Below, one piece after another: positions 33,146 through 43,846 of a DNA stretch of 64,000 bases. The stretch is from NCBI GenBank assembly GCA_026936335.1, contig JAPMXV010000051.1, positions 496,001 to 560,000 on the forward strand. The letters are read 5' to 3'. A model generated the notes under the pieces. The model did not search any database. It was not told the origin of the DNA and saw only the letters and a program-made list of their open reading frames with translations. Source of the DNA: Mantamonas sphyraenae STR306 (Eukaryota > Protista > CRuMs). A program made the translations under genes and the position numbers. The stretch's first letter is position 1. Each line of letters begins with the position of its first letter.

Positions 33146-35481
33146 AGGAGAAAGTGAAGTACAGATGGGATGACGAGGCGCAGAGCACACGAAGCTGGCG
33201 GGAGTCGCTGCAGAGCTGTCTCGAGGATGCCGGCGAGGAGGGCGCCACCGCAACACAACGTGGCCAGAGAGTACACGTAGTGAAGGAGGCGGAGGAGGCG
33301 GAGGCCACCGACGATGGCAAAGTCCCACGGTGAGTAGAAACCAAAGAGGAGGGCAAGGAGGGAGATAAGAAAGGCCAATCGGGCCCAATTAGCAGTTCGC
33401 ATGAGGGAGACCCCTGTGGAAATGCGCTCTGCGGTGGAGTGTGGCCCAAACAAGTCGACAAGGAGGAGGGCGAGCAGGAGGAGGATGAAAAGGGCAAAGG
33501 TGGCAGAAACCCCAGGCAGGGTTTCGTGCCAAGGCACCTGTCCATTGGCCATTTGTTGGCCAGATATGTACATGCGAACAGATGTGCGGTGGGAGGAGTC
33601 CAGGCCCAAAGTTTGCAGGAGGCGCAGCCAGATAGAGGGACGCGGGAGCCAGGTGTCGTTGGCGTGGTCGAGGTCAATGACACGAAAGACGACACGGACG
33701 GGGCTTACAGAGGCAGGGACATCGGGAGCGGGCACCTCTTGGAAGAGGTGTGTTGCGATGCCGCCGGCCGGAGACGACGAGGTGGTGCTTACGGCCTGGA
33801 AGGAGAGGCAACGGTGTGGCTGAGAACCATTGTGAGATGGAAGCCATCGCTGAGCGTCGACAAAAGGCAGGTCATGAGCAAGCGGCCCACGACACAGCGA
33901 GAGGCGACGGGTGCGGGTGTGGACGACGACATGCCAGGGGCGTACGGCCTTTGCGAGTCGGCTTATGCTGTTGGATGTGTAGCGGGAGGCGTGGTAGGTG
34001 CCTTGGAGAGGGGTGTAGCGTGTGGCAAAGCTGCGTTGCGTTGGAGGCGGAGAGTGTGCGCCCTTGATTGGCTTGTCCTGGGAGCCTTGGGGCAGGAAGG
34101 TGTGGAGAATGCGGTTGGCAATGTGCATGAGGACAGGGCCTTGTTCAGCGTTGCATGTGAGGACCATGCCGAAGCGTTGTTTGGGAACAAAAGCAATGAA
34201 GGAGGAAAAGCCCTTGACAAGGCCAGCGTGGTTGAGGACACGGTGGCCATGGGCGTGGGTCTCTGCAAAGCCAATGGACATGCCGTCGATGTGTTTGTGG
34301 TGTGAAAATGCGCGTCGGTGCATGAGGGGATAGGTGGCCTTGTTGGCAAAGAGAGTAAGACCCGCATTGAGATGGTCGAGGAGGAAGCGCTCAAGATCGG
34401 CGACTGTGGCAATGAGACCTCCTGCAGCAGGCATGTTGACGTAGTCGAGGGGCTGTGGCTGCGGAGGCGAGGTCGGCGAGAAGGAGGAGTGACCTCGAGC
34501 GACACACACGGTGGTGTTGTCGGGAGCTGTAGCACAGGGAGTATAGGAAGGTGTGGTCGTGTTTGCTTGGAAGAAAGAATGGGCGGCGTGGAGGGGGTTG
34601 AGGATGTGTGTGTGGACGTAGGCCTGGAAAGAGAGGCCACTGACGCGTTCAACGACGTAGCCGGCGAGGGCGTAGGCGTAGTTGGAGTAGGACATTTCTG
34701 CGCCCGGGGTACGGACAATTGAAGGTGGATTAAACAGATGGAGGAGATGTGTGTGGTTGGCGGCAGCGAGGGAGTGGTTTGCAGCGGGAGCAAACAGGGC
34801 GTGAAGCTGCTCGTCAAAGCCTGCAGAGTGGGTGAGAAGGTGGCGCAGACGCAGGTCAGGAGGGAGGAGGTTGCGGAGCGGAGGCGGCACGAGAGAGGCA
34901 ACAGAGTTGGAAAGAGAGAGTGAGCCACTCTCGACGAGCTGCATGACCGCAGTGGCCGCATAGAGCTTGGAGAGAGAGGCGACGGGGGTTTGGGTGAAAT
35001 GCGGGTCGTAGGCGACTGGAGGATGGGAGTTTGCAACGCCGAATCCTCGACGAAGCAAAACTTTGTTGGCATGAAGCACAGAGACAGCGAGGCCTGGAAT
35101 GTGGTGCTCGGTGTGGACGCGGTTGATGAAGGAAACGAGACGTGAAGTTGGCGAGCCGGCACGCGTCGGGGCAGGAGTGGAGATTGGGGTGGGAGTGGGA
35201 GTGGGAGTGGGAGATGCACTGTGGGAGGGTGTCGCAGAGGGGGTAGGAGGTGACGGAGTAGGCGACGGCGGGCTGGGGCGGGTTGCAAAGTGGCTCTCGT
35301 CAAAGTGGAACTGGGAGGCCGCGGCAGCTCGCTGGGCAGCCACTTCGTGTTCGGAGAAGAGGTATGGCCGTGGCGAGGGAGTGTGTCTGCGTGTGTGGCG
35401 AAACGCAGCCGCTGTGTGGGAGTCTGTGCAGAGCAGGAGGAGGAATAGGAGGAGAAGCAGTTGCCGGGTCCTGGTTCTCAT
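33109..35481 (-). CDS. Secreted/membrane-anchored beta-lactamase-family (penicillin-binding-like) serine hydrolase; intronless
   Basis: Signal peptide, PT-rich linker, SxxK 'SLSK' (34966-34977), 'LLTHSAG', YxN 'YSN' (34681-34689), 'HAG', C-terminal TM helices. Confidence 0.85.
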   Translation of the reverse strand: MRTRTRQLLLLLFLLLLCTDSHTAAAFRHTRRHTPSPRPYLFSEHEVAAQRAAAASQFHFDESHFATRPSPPSPTPSPPTPSATPSHSASPTPTPTPTPISTPAPTRAGSPTSRLVSFINRVHTEHHIPGLAVSVLHANKVLLRRGFGVANSHPPVAYDPHFTQTPVASLSKLYAATAVMQLVESGSLSLSNSVASLVPPPLRNLLPPDLRLRHLLTHSAGFDEQLHALFAPAANHSLAAANHTHLLHLFNPPSIVRTPGAEMSYSNYAYALAGYVVERVSGLSFQAYVHTHILNPLHAAHSFFQANTTTPSYTPCATAPDNTTVCVARGHSSFSPTSPPQPQPLDYVNMPAAGGLIATVADLERFLLDHLNAGLTLFANKATYPLMHRRAFSHHKHIDGMSIGFAETHAHGHRVLNHAGLVKGFSSFIAFVPKQRFGMVLTCNAEQGPVLMHIANRILHTFLPQGSQDKPIKGAHSPPPTQRSFATRYTPLQGTYHASRYTSNSISRLAKAVRPWHVVVHTRTRRLSLCRGPLAHDLPFVDAQRWLPSHNGSQPHRCLSFQAVSTTSSSPAGGIATHLFQEVPAPDVPASVSPVRVVFRVIDLDHANDTWLPRPSIWLRLLQTLGLDSSHRTSVRMYISGQQMANGQVPWHETLPGVSATFALFILLLLALLLVDLFGPHSTAERISTGVSLMRTANWARLAFLISLLALLFGFYSPWDFAIVGGLRLLRLLHYVYSLATLCCGGALLAGILETALQRLPPASCALRLVIPSVLHFLLHLFASHWALLR

Positions 35482-35667
35482 TCTGCTGGATGATTGGTTG
35501 GATAGGGGGGCGGAGGGTCAGGGAGCGGAAGCAATGAGAAAGTATGGTTGGGATGGGACAGAGTGGGTGCCATTGGTGGTTAGGTGGCTTCTTGGGTGGC
35601 ACCGTTGCGTGAGGCGCGGCTGGCGCCGGCGGCGGGACCAAGGAATCGAGGACAGGAGAAGCGGACG

Positions 35668-36143
35668 ATGGAGCAGTTGGCAGAGTGGGCCGGATCAACA
35701 ATGAAGGTGACGGCGACGGATGGGAGGACGTTCCAAGGGGTGTTCCTGTGCGTGGACGACCAGATGAACATTGTGTTGGACAATGCAGTCGAGCACAAGC
35801 CTCTGGCAAAGGACGTGGACCTGAGCTGGCAGGCACTGTGGCAAGGAGCAGAGTTGGATGGGTATGAGGCACCCGTGGTGGATCGCAGTGAGTCTCAGGA
35901 GGACCAGGATGAGAAGAGCGAATGTGAGTTTGCGGAGAGGGAAAGGAAGCCGTGCAGATGGGGTGGAGATCACTGACACATTTGGATTGTGCAGTTCTGA
36001 AGCGCAGGGTGGGTGCTGTGATTGTGCCAGGCAAGCACGTTGTAAAGGTGGAACGAGAGGAGAGGGGCGAGGCTCAAGACGAGGATGAGGGCGAACACGA
36101 GGAGCATGAGGGTGCAGGCGAGGACGAAGAGGAAGATGGATAG
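35668..36143 (+). CDS. NAA38: Sm/LSm-domain NatC auxiliary subunit (NAA38/Mak31-like); intron ~35925-35994
   Basis: 'MKVTATDGRTFQGVFLCVDDQMNIVL' plus 'RRVGAVIVPGKHVVKVE'. Confidence 0.7.
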
Positions 36144-36176
36144 AATGGACGCATTGGTTGATTTTGTGTGTGCAAG

Positions 36177-36800
36177 TCAAGCCGTCAGCCACAGCATGAC
36201 GGAATCGTCGCCGTCGGACTCCTCAAACTCTTGGTAGAGGTCTGTGTCGATTGAAGCCCAAGGCGCGGCCTCCTTGGCGACGGCAACGACATCATCGACG
36301 TTCCACACGTAGCTGAACATGCCGTTGTGGTCCTCCTCGTAGCTTTCGTTGCTGGTGGACCAAAGCGCGACGCAGGCCACTCCGCCGTTGTTCAGGCGGG
36401 TGTGGATCTGCTTCAGGGCGGATGTGAAGTCATCTCGGCTCAAGTGGTGGAGCACTTTGTGTGCGAGCACTGCGTCAAAGGTGCCCAGGTCCTCGGGGAT
36501 GGCCGTGGCGTCGACAAGCCGGAGTGACGTCATCGCCTGCGCTGCTTCCGGATGGTTCGTCTTGAACGCATCCACAAACTCCTGGACCACATCGGTGCCA
36601 ACCACACTGAAGCCTGCCTCCAGCAGTGCCAGTGAATCTGTGCCAGGACCCATGCCGAGCTCGAGAACACTTCCGCCTTTCTTGACGCGCAGCACAAAGG
36701 GCTCAAGATGGCCTTTGGACTTCATGTCGTACCCCTGTGCCATCTCTGTGTACTGTTCCACATTCTTTGCGTAAAAATCCAAGGTGGGTTGCGATGTCAT
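36177..36800 (-). CDS. Class I SAM-dependent methyltransferase; intronless
   Basis: 'TLDFYAKNVEQY', motif I 'SVLELGMGPG', 'VVGTD', 'FDAVLAHKVLHHL', 'LNNGG'. Confidence 0.85.
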   Translation of the reverse strand: MTSQPTLDFYAKNVEQYTEMAQGYDMKSKGHLEPFVLRVKKGGSVLELGMGPGTDSLALLEAGFSVVGTDVVQEFVDAFKTNHPEAAQAMTSLRLVDATAIPEDLGTFDAVLAHKVLHHLSRDDFTSALKQIHTRLNNGGVACVALWSTSNESYEEDHNGMFSYVWNVDDVVAVAKEAAPWASIDTDLYQEFEESDGDDSVMLWLTA

Positions 36801-36944
36801 TGGTCCAAGCGATGGACTTTTACTTTTGCGCCGGCAGCGCGGGTCTCGTTCGTGCGGCATCTCCTCCACTGCCGTTGCCACCCACTGACACGGTTCGCAA
36901 CCGCGTCCACGAGCCACCATGGAATGTGTCCAAGAGCCCAGTCC

Positions 36945-39900
36945 TCACAGAACGGCGAGGATGGAGCCGTCCTTTTCGTAGTTGCTGCGGTGAGCGTCTT
37001 TGCGAGGTACGGGATGCAGCCAGAGGCCAAAGTGCTTGAAATCCTCGACGAGCTTCTCCCAACTGTCGTAGCTGCGGTTGTGGTGGAGCGAGGTGTAGAA
37101 CTGTTCGACGAGGCAGCGTGCGCCGTCGACAAACTGTGGTGCGACGAGACTGGGTTTCATCATGGGCTGCTTGTCGTCCGCAGTGTAGACGACAAAGTTG
37201 ACAACAAAGCTCTTTGGCTGGTGGGCACTCATGCGGACGATGAATCGGCCGTGGCTTGGGCTGTGCAGGTTGCGGTCGCCCAGGCGAGACATTGCCTGGA
37301 CTCGCGAGAGCTTGCCGTGGAAGTAGGGGCAGGTGCGGAACATATCTGCAGCCTCGAGGAAACATGCACCCGAGCGGAAAGGGCCGAAAAAGTCGAGAAA
37401 GAATACAAAGGTCTCCTGGGTGACCACGAGTGCTTCCTGGGCGTTGTTGATGCGAGCGAGAAAGAGCTGCTTGTCGTAGTCGCCGACAACTTCTGCGTTG
37501 AGCAAGTCGGGATTGTCAAGCAGCGAGAGGAGAAAGGGCCCGTCGACGGCGGCTGTGGACATGGACGCAAGCACGTCTTTCAGTTCGCCCATGTTGACGT
37601 CGTCGAGCCACTCTGCGACGCGGTCGGCACTCCAAGTGGAAATGTGTTCGGAGTAGTCGACGAGGGTGCTCTGAAGGTGGCCCAAGCTCTCGTCGCTCAG
37701 GCGCATGAGTTTCTTGATGGCCGACCGAAAGTCTTCCCAGTTGACGGCATTGGCCGTGTTGAACATCTGCAGCCAGAAGGAACACGCATCCTCTTCGGAG
37801 ATGGCAGGTCGAGCGTCTGTGTACGGGACAAGAGCCAATGAGGGGGCGGTGTTAGGGACATGGGCATGGTCAGAAAGGGTCAGCGGGGTGGCGGGGTGGC
37901 GGGGTGGACGTACCGGAGAACTCGTCGTCAGCGACCATCATGCGTTCTTGGACAATGTCGTCAAGGTTGACGGCAAGGGCATCGAGAGTGAGCTGTGTGT
38001 CCGAGTTGTACTGTGCAGCGGCAATCTGGACCTTCATGGGAAGGCCAGCACACATCTTGATGACAGGATGGAGGGCGACTGCGTCAAGCAGGTGTGCGGG
38101 CTTGTTGTGAAAGAGCTTGCGGTTCTTCTTCATAACCTTCTCGAGCTCTGTGCCGACGGGCTTGCGGCCTGCCATCTTGACAAAGAGGGAGGCGGCTTCA
38201 CGGTCGTTGAGCGGGACGACTTGTTTTGAGTGTGGGGTGGAGGTGCCGACGACGCAGGCGGGGTTGTTGCTGGTGGTGATGACAATGCGCAGATCGTGGA
38301 TGTCGTTGAGGAGGTTGCTGAGAAAGAGCTGATAGGCACGGATGTTGGAGATCTTGCAGTTGTCAAGGACGAGGAACTGTTCGCCGTCCCCAGAAGCTTT
38401 GAGGCGCATCTGGGCAATGAGGTTGTCATAGTTGCGCCTGTCGAGGTCGGAGGAGGCGCCGGCCCAGACGGAGTGGTTGGCGAGGGCGCGGGTGCAGGTG
38501 TCTTGCCAGTTGGCGACGGTTTCGAGGCTCTGGTGTGCGCAATCGATGTGAAAGAGGCCGCCAAGGAACCAACGGCGCTCGTTGACGTAGTACTGAAGCA
38601 TGGTGACGAGGGTGCTCTTGCCGACGCCCTGAGGCCCTGCGACGACGACGACGCGGCTCGGGTTGAGGAGTGGGTGGACCTTGTCGAGAAGGGCGTCGAG
38701 ATCGCCGTTGCGGCCAATAAAATACTCTGGGTGAGGGGGAAGGTCTGCAACCGAGACAGGGTCGAGCTCTTCGAGGGAGCCTTCGGGGAGGTCAAAGAGC
38801 TGCTCGTGATGGTCCCCGTCTTCGGGGAGGAGGACAAAGAGCTCGGCCTGTTCCTTGGGGTTGGGGAGCTTCTTGGATGGGTTCATGAGGGCGACGGTCT
38901 GCTTGGCGACGTCGAAGCTGTTCTGGACAGTCTCTCCGGTGAGGAGGTTCTCGTAGAGCATCTGGGAAAACTTTAGTGCGGCTTGGTCGTTGACACGCTC
39001 CTCACGCACGGCAATGACGTGCTTGACGCCAGCCTCGGCAAACATGAGGCCAGCCTGGTAGGAGTAACAAGCAGAAACAAATACAAACTCGACACGATTG
39101 CCACCGGCGCGAAAGAGGTTCTTCAGATCGTCCACCTGGACGAGGTGTGTTGAGCCTACGTCTTCGACTGGGGGAGGAAGGGGGGGTGTGAGCACACAGG
39201 CGGGAGGATGGGTGAATAAAGGAGGCGCGGGAGGGCAGGGGCGTGAGGAGAGCAGGCGACGTACAGGCAAGGGCGTCGACAACGCCGTGTCCGGAATAAT
39301 GAAAGGCATGACAGCCCATGTTGATCATGGATCGGAAGTTTTTGATATGTGCACAGTCCTGGCGGAAGCGAATGTGGCGCTGGGCGTTGGTAAGGTTCTT
39401 GAGGAGGCTCTTGCGCTCTTCAGCAAGGTTGAGGGGAGAGACGGGCACGCGCTTCTTGTTTGCGTTGACCTGCAGGAGAGGGGAGCTAAACATGTAGGCA
39501 AAGTCGATTTTGGAGCGCTGTTTGCGGGAAGTGGTGGAGAGGGAAGCGAGGGAGGCGTCTGTGCGGAGGGTGCCGGAGGCGTCGGTGCCCACGATGGTAA
39601 AGTCAGAGGTGAGACCGAGCTGGGAGGTAGCGAAGCGAGCGGATGGGTTATACACAGAGGTGGAGGCAGAGGCGGAGGAGGAGGCGGAGGAGGAGGAGGA
39701 GGCGGAGGAGTAGTCTGTAAAGAGGGCGAAGGAAGGCCCCTTGGCTGTATGGGAGCATGACGTGGCAAACGGGGGGATATGGGTGGGGCACGGAGGGGGA
39801 GAGATGAGGCGTGTGGGTGAGCAAGGGAAGGCATTCGTGGAGGAAACGGGAGAAGGGCGGGCACGAGCAGGGGAGGGTGGGTGGGTGAGGGAGGGATGAG

Positions 39901-40197
39901 CATTCCGGGGTTTGGGGCCGAGGTGGACGTACGTTTGGTGTGGAGAGTGTTGCCGTTGTCGGAGCCATCGTCCTGGAGGTAGATGGTGTAGACGTCGTCG
40001 AGAGTGTAGTTTGGGTTGAGGTCGACCAAGTGTTCGCCTGCGTCGGACTGGACAAAAACCTCGAGAGCGTCGGCGTTGTAGGGCCCGTGCTGGCGGTTGG
40101 TCAAGGCAACACACTTGGCGAGGACCCAGCTCAGTTTCTGCGAGGGTCTGCAGATGACGCTGACGGGGGTGTCCTCGATGTATAGGGTGATCCACAT
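36945..40197 (-). CDS. NLR-like STAND protein: ubiquitin-like N-terminus, CHAT (caspase-like) protease, NB-ARC-like NTPase, Cbl-type EF-hand with inserted SAM, SH2; 4 exons (introns 39932-39745, 39264-39168, 37913-37817)
   Basis: CHAT 'FHYSGHG...LAFED...VFVSACYS'; Walker A 'GPQGVGKS', Walker B 'FLVLDN', 'IVITTS', 'CAGLP'; 'DACSFWLQMF...VNWEDF'; SAM 'WSADRVAEWL...VDGPFLLSL'; 'FFLDFFGPF'; SH2 'YFHGKLSRVQA...GRFIVRMS'. Confidence 0.8.
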
Positions 40198-40638
40198 TTG
40201 AGGAGGACGAGATTGGGATGGAAGCGGCGGGGGAAGCAGACGAAACTTGTGGTGAGTGGGGCAGGGGTGCAGCGAGCAGTGAGGTTGGAGAGAGTGGGTG
40301 GGCGTAAGAGAGAGAGGATGAGGTGTAGGAGGAGGGTGGAGCAGGGGACGCGGGGAGGGAGAGGGAAACGGGGCGGCGAAAGAGGAGGGTGTGTTGCGTG
40401 ATGTGGGCGACGGCGGGTTCTGGTGGTTTGGGGTTGCATGCCGCAGGAGGGCGGAACGGCGTGACAAGGACGGGATGGTGTAGGCGGAGGGAAAGAGAAT
40501 GGGTGGGCGAGGATAGAGTGGTGCAGGGGAACGGTTGTGGAGGATGAGGCAGCGGTGTGGGCAGTGGTGAGGGAGCTAAAGACAAGGCGCGGAAACTGAC
40601 GCGTGGAAAATCCCCTCCGAGGCGCGCGCAGAAGAAGA

Positions 40639-41031
40639 ATGAGCTCTCTGCGTCTGTTTAGCAATGCAACGAAGGGTGTGCGTCAGAGCGGCGTGGCCAA
40701 GGCCTCCATGAGCGTGAGCAGCGTGAACACAGCCATGACGATGCCCGTGGGGGTGGTTTTCGCGCGCGGGTACGCAGGCGGTCTGGATCGCAGCAGCGTG
40801 GAGGAGCGTGTGCTGTCTGTAGTCAAGTCGTTTGAGAAGGTGGACCAGTCGGCCGTGTCTGGGGAGGCTCACTTTACGCGCGACCTTGGTCTGGACTCGC
40901 TGGACGTGGTGGAGCTGTCGCTTGCGATGGAGGAGGAGTTTGCCGTGGAGATGTCCGAGGAGGACGCGGAGAAGATCCAGTCTGTGAGCGACGCTGTGGA
41001 GTACTTTGTGAACCACCCGGACGCGATGTAA
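40639..41031 (+). CDS. NDUFAB1: Mitochondrial acyl carrier protein
   Basis: Presequence-like N-terminus; 'DLGLDSLDVVEL...EEEF'. Confidence 0.93.
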   Translation: MSSLRLFSNATKGVRQSGVAKASMSVSSVNTAMTMPVGVVFARGYAGGLDRSSVEERVLSVVKSFEKVDQSAVSGEAHFTRDLGLDSLDVVELSLAMEEEFAVEMSEEDAEKIQSVSDAVEYFVNHPDAM

Positions 41032-41105
41032 TTGGCGTGCTAATGTGATGCGGGGGAAGAGACAAAGAAAACAAACGACGCTGTGAATTGGTTCCCGCCG
41101 TTGTC

Positions 41106-43834
41106 ATGCATGTGTTGAATGTGGCGGAGAAGCCATCGGTAGCAGCCGAAGTGACGCGCCTGCTAGTGGGAGGTCGCGCAAACAGGGTGGGTTTCAGTGA
41201 TTTGCGCCGGGTTGCCCGAGGCGGCAAGGTTCCTGACAACAGGGTGAACGCAGAGGCGGCAGAATGGGGCGACGGTGCACGAGTTTCAGTACACGTTTCT
41301 AGGGAGGACGTGCAACATGATGTTTACGGCAGTGGCGGGCCATCTGTTTGAAACAGATGTGGACAACGTCAAGTACGGGTGGCAGAAGATTCCCCCGCGC
41401 GATTTGCTGGATCCGGAGAAGGTGGAGCTGACGACGGCGGTGAACAAGGTGAGCGTAGGCGTGGGACTGTGACATGCGTGTGTGTGTGTGTGGGGGGGGT
41501 GTGAGGGGGGTGCGGGGGGTGCGGGGGGGAGGTCACGGCGGGTGGAGAGGTGAGGGAAGACGACGGCGGGTGGCGCCAACCAGCTGACACGCCAAATGAG
41601 CACAGGACATGGACGGTCTGTCGAGGAATCTTCAGGCGCTGTCGAGACAGTGCAACGTGTTGTTCCTGTGGCTGGATTGCGATCGGGAAGGAGAGGCCAT
41701 TGCGTTTGAGGTGATCGAGTGCTGCGCACAGGCAAACCGGGCGTTCCGGAACATGGACAACGTGTACCGAGCCAAGTTCTCGGCGCTGATTCAGAGGGAC
41801 ATCGAGCGGGCCGTGGCACACCCGGAAAAACCAAACCAACAGGAGGCGCTGGCGGTGCAGGCGCGGCAAGAGATTGATCTTCGGATCGGGTACGCGTTTA
41901 CGCGGTTCCAGACGATGCTGCTGCAGAAGCAGTTTGACGTGGGCACGGTAAGCTACGGGCCGTGCCAGTTTCCGACACTGGGGTTTGTGGTGGAGCGGTA
42001 TGCACGCCGAGAGACGTTTGTGCCGGAGGCGTTCTACACGCTGGACATGCGTGTGGCCCGGGACAAGGAGGTGGCGCAGTTCAAGTGGAAACGCGGGAGA
42101 CTATTTGACCGCACGGCGTGCATGATCCTGCTGGAAATGTGCCTGGAGGAAGCCGAGGCGGAGGTGGTACGGATCACCGAGAGGCAGAAACTGCGACACA
42201 AGCCGCTGCCACTGACAACGGTGGAAATGCAAAAGTTTGCAGCGACGAAACTGAGGATCAGTGCAAAGCGGGCGATGGACCTGGCAGAGGCGATGTACCA
42301 GCGCGGCATCATCAGCTACCCACGTACAGAGACGGACCAGTTTGCGGAGAACACGCCGCTGGACGAGATGATCCAGCTGCAGAGTGGACACGGACAGTGG
42401 GGCGGATATGCAAGTAGCTTGCTTTCAGGAGGGTTTGAGCGACCCAGGAACGGGCAACACAACGATCAATCGCATCCGCCAATCCACCCGCTGAAGTGTG
42501 TAGCGTCTCAGGGAGACCTGCAGGCGGGAGAGTGGCCACTGTACGAGTTTATCGTGCGCAGGTTCCTGGCATGTTGCTCGCGGGACGCAGTGGGATTTCA
42601 GACCGTTGTGCATGCGCAGATGGGTAGCGAGGGCTTCTATGCGAGCGGGCTGATGATTCGCGAGCGCAACTACCTGGATGTGTATCCGTACGACAAATGG
42701 ACGGGATCTGTGATCCCTGTGTTCCGTGAAGGGGAGCGGTTTGTGCCGAGCGAGCTGAACATGGGCGAAAGCGGCACGCAGGCGCCGTCGCTGCTGACGG
42801 AGTCGGAGCTGATTGCGCTGATGGACAAGAACGGGATTGGGACGGACGCAACGATTGCGGCGCACATCGAAAAGGTGATTGAGAGGGACTTTGTGCAGAA
42901 GCAGGGAGTGCACCTCGCGCCGTCGCAGCTGGGGATTGGCCTGGTGAACGGCTACTACAACATGGAGATCTTTCTGGCGCGGCCGAACCTGCGTGCGCGC
43001 ATGGAGATGGCGATGAACATGATCAGTGCGAACCAGGCCACGAAGGAGGCGGTTGTGCTTGACTGCATGGCCGAGATGGGCCGGCTGCTGGACAAGGCGC
43101 AGGAAAACAAGGAGGCGCTTGTGGAAAGTGTGGGAATGCGTGTGTCGCGGCGAAGCGTGTCGAGCATGCAGGAAGTGCAACGCGAGGTGACACGATGTGG
43201 CGAGTGTGGCGAGTGGATGCATGTTCTGAGCGAGCGTGTGGGGCGGGACAAGAAGCGGTTTGCGTTGTTCTGCAGAACGTGTCAGGAGCTGCACGAGCTG
43301 CCGTGGAAGGTGCGAAATGTGGAGCCGATGGATTTCCGATGTGCGTACTGCGGCTTTTCGATTGTGACGGTGCATGTGGAGTCTGGTGGGAAGCTGCAAT
43401 TGTGTCCGCAGTGCTTCGGTTCGCCGCCCGCGAGCACAGGTGTGCACGGCACAATGCTGTGCCGCAACTGTCCAAACACAGAGTGCAGCAAAAGCGGAGC
43501 AGGTACGACGGCGTACGTGTGTCTGTGTCCAAAGTGTCGCAAGGAGATGAAATTCAGCAAGACGAGCAACGGGTCGATGGTGATCTCGTGTGAGAACTAC
43601 AAGCGGTGCAAGACGAGCGTGTGGGCGCCCAGAGGTCTGGTAAAGGTGGAGGGCACGGGCAGATTGTGCGGGCAGTGCAACCGCAACAGCCGCTTTCAGG
43701 TGTTGCGGATGGACTTTGCAGCCGGGTCGCTGGCACCCGAACGGGTCACGATGGAGAGTTGTTTGGGTCAGGATGTGGTGCAAGACGTGCTGATGGCGTT
43801 TGGGGAACGCAAGTTGGAGCCGCTGTGGAGGTAG
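41106..43834 (+). CDS. TOP3A: DNA topoisomerase III alpha; introns 41187-41253 and ~41449-41605
   Basis: 'VLNVAEKPSVA', 'WLDCDREGEAIAFEV', 'SYGPCQFPTLGFVV', catalytic 'ISYPRTETD', 'HPPIHP', 'GIGTDAT', C-terminal zinc ribbons. Confidence 0.92.
41492..41529 (+). other. Potential G-quadruplex in a TOP3A intron
   Basis: G8-tgtga-G6-tgc-G6-tgc-G7 on the sense strand. Confidence 0.6.
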
Positions 43835-43846
43835 AGGAGGGAGAGG

